Assembly: GCA_037968735.1 (NCBI GenBank) | Contig: JBBKWC010000014.1 | Location: 68,195-132,194 of the forward strand | Source of the DNA: Woeseiaceae bacterium | GTDB lineage: Bacteria > Pseudomonadota > Gammaproteobacteria > Steroidobacterales > Woeseiaceae | Length of the DNA stretch: 64,000 nucleotides | Direction: 5' to 3' | Shown: piece by piece, positions 63,317 through 64,000 of the stretch | How positions within the stretch are numbered: the first letter of the stretch is position 1 | Layout of the letters: every line of letters starts with the position of its first letter | The notes under the pieces: model-generated | Databases searched by the model: none | Told to the model about the DNA's origin: nothing | Seen by the model: only the letters and a program-made list of their open reading frames with translations | Made by a program: the position numbers and the translations under genes

Positions 63317-64000
63317 GCTGCGAGATCCGTCGCCAGGTTGCCTTTGTCCATGTGCAAAGTGCGTCGGGCATACTCAGCCGCCTGGCCATCATGCGTAACC
63401 ATGACGATCGTCTTGTTGTGTTGTTCGTTTAACGCTTGCAGTAATTTGAGAATTTCATCAGCAGTTTGCCGGTCAAGGTCGCCTGTCGGCTCGTCGCACA
63501 ACAGCAGCGTGGGATCGGAAACGATCGCTCGCGCAATAGCAACGCGTTGTTCCTGACCGCCGGAAAGCTCGCGCGGATAATGCTTCGCTCGGTCTTCCAG
63601 ACCGACGATGGCTAGCGCCGTCGCAGCTCGGCGAGACCGTTCCTTGCCGCTCAAATTGGTGAGCAACAGCGGCAGTTCGACATTCTTTTGCGCCGACAGA
63701 ACCGGCAGCAGATTGTAGAACTGGAAGATAAACCCGACGTGCCTGGCACGCCATCGCGACAGCGCGCTGGATGACATCTCATGCAATCTTGCACCGCCAA
63801 TGACGACGCTGCCAGACGTCGGTTTGTCGAGCCCGCCAAGCAAATTCAGCAGGGTTGTCTTGCCGGATCCGGACGGCCCCATGAGGGCGAGAAAATCCCC
63901 TGCAGCGATATTCATATCGAGCTGATGGAGCACCTCCACCCGTTCCTTGCCCTTTCGATACGTGCGGCTAATGTTTTTCAGAACGACAAGATCGTCACTC
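63313..64000 (-). CDS. ABC transporter ATP-binding protein (MacB/LolD-like), 5' end beyond the window
   Basis: Walker A GPSGSGKTT, signature LSGGQEQR, Walker B LLLCDEPT. The frame stays open to nt 64000 (..SDDLVVLKNISRTYRKGKERVEVL..). Confidence 0.9.
   Translation of the reverse strand, partial: SDDLVVLKNISRTYRKGKERVEVLHQLDMNIAAGDFLALMGPSGSGKTTLLNLLGGLDKPTSGSVVIGGARLHEMSSSALSRWRARHVGFIFQFYNLLPVLSAQKNVELPLLLTNLSGKERSRRAATALAIVGLEDRAKHYPRELSGGQEQRVAIARAIVSDPTLLLCDEPTGDLDRQTADEILKLLQALNEQHNKTIVMVTHDGQAAEYARRTLHMDKGNLATDLAA

Noticed and set aside
1-64000. Looked for CRISPR arrays, rRNA, tRNA/tmRNA, integron attC sites, reverse transcriptases (retron/DGR) and integrases.
   Set aside because: No regularly spaced short repeats, no T-loop-like GGTTCGAATCC contexts forming cloverleafs, no RT or tyrosine/serine recombinase-like ORFs. 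This was by-eye scanning only, so a tRNAscan/Infernal pass would be more definitive.

Overview
Gammaproteobacteria-like chromosomal segment, judged from fabG-acpP-fabF-mltG-tmk-holB-pilZ synteny. All calls come from reading the sequence and ORF track by eye; no searches or computations were run.

Layout:
- 1-23.9 kb, mostly conserved housekeeping: fatty-acid synthesis genes, mltG/tmk/holB/pilZ, a FadB-like enzyme, a glycerophosphodiester phosphodiesterase, an MbnP/MbnH-like pair, a cobalamin riboswitch driving btuB plus an unknown 6-TM protein, an hsp20-lon operon, and an aldehyde dehydrogenase.
- 24.0-32.3 kb: a compact two-gene hybrid assembly line, with a stand-alone A-T loading protein, a 1964-aa single-module type I PKS (KS-AT-DH-KR-like-ACP-TE) and an XRE regulator. 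This is the most interesting candidate system. The A domain lacks the amino-group-binding Asp, and the KR-like region lacks the catalytic Lys and the glycine-rich NADPH loop in my by-eye alignment.
- 32.3-51.7 kb, patchy accessory mosaic:
  - mobile-element traces and gene decay: a LysR 3' remnant, a 1.2-kb ORF-poor structured gap, HigBA, and an IS30-family remnant with a recognisable left inverted repeat;
  - lipoprotein patatin phospholipase plus a membrane partner in lower-GC DNA;
  - small regulator-linked detox and membrane clusters.
- 51.7-64 kb: a cytochrome c / 2Fe-2S / molybdopterin oxidoreductase operon, a gene graveyard, a small stress-protein cluster, and a MacB-type ABC transporter cut by the window end. 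The graveyard holds head-to-head 5'-truncated MliC-like and DUF899 genes, an EF-hand gene with an in-frame stop, and a 149-bp collapsed second copy of the about 5-kb MliC-to-VOC unit.

No rRNA, tRNA or CRISPR array was seen.
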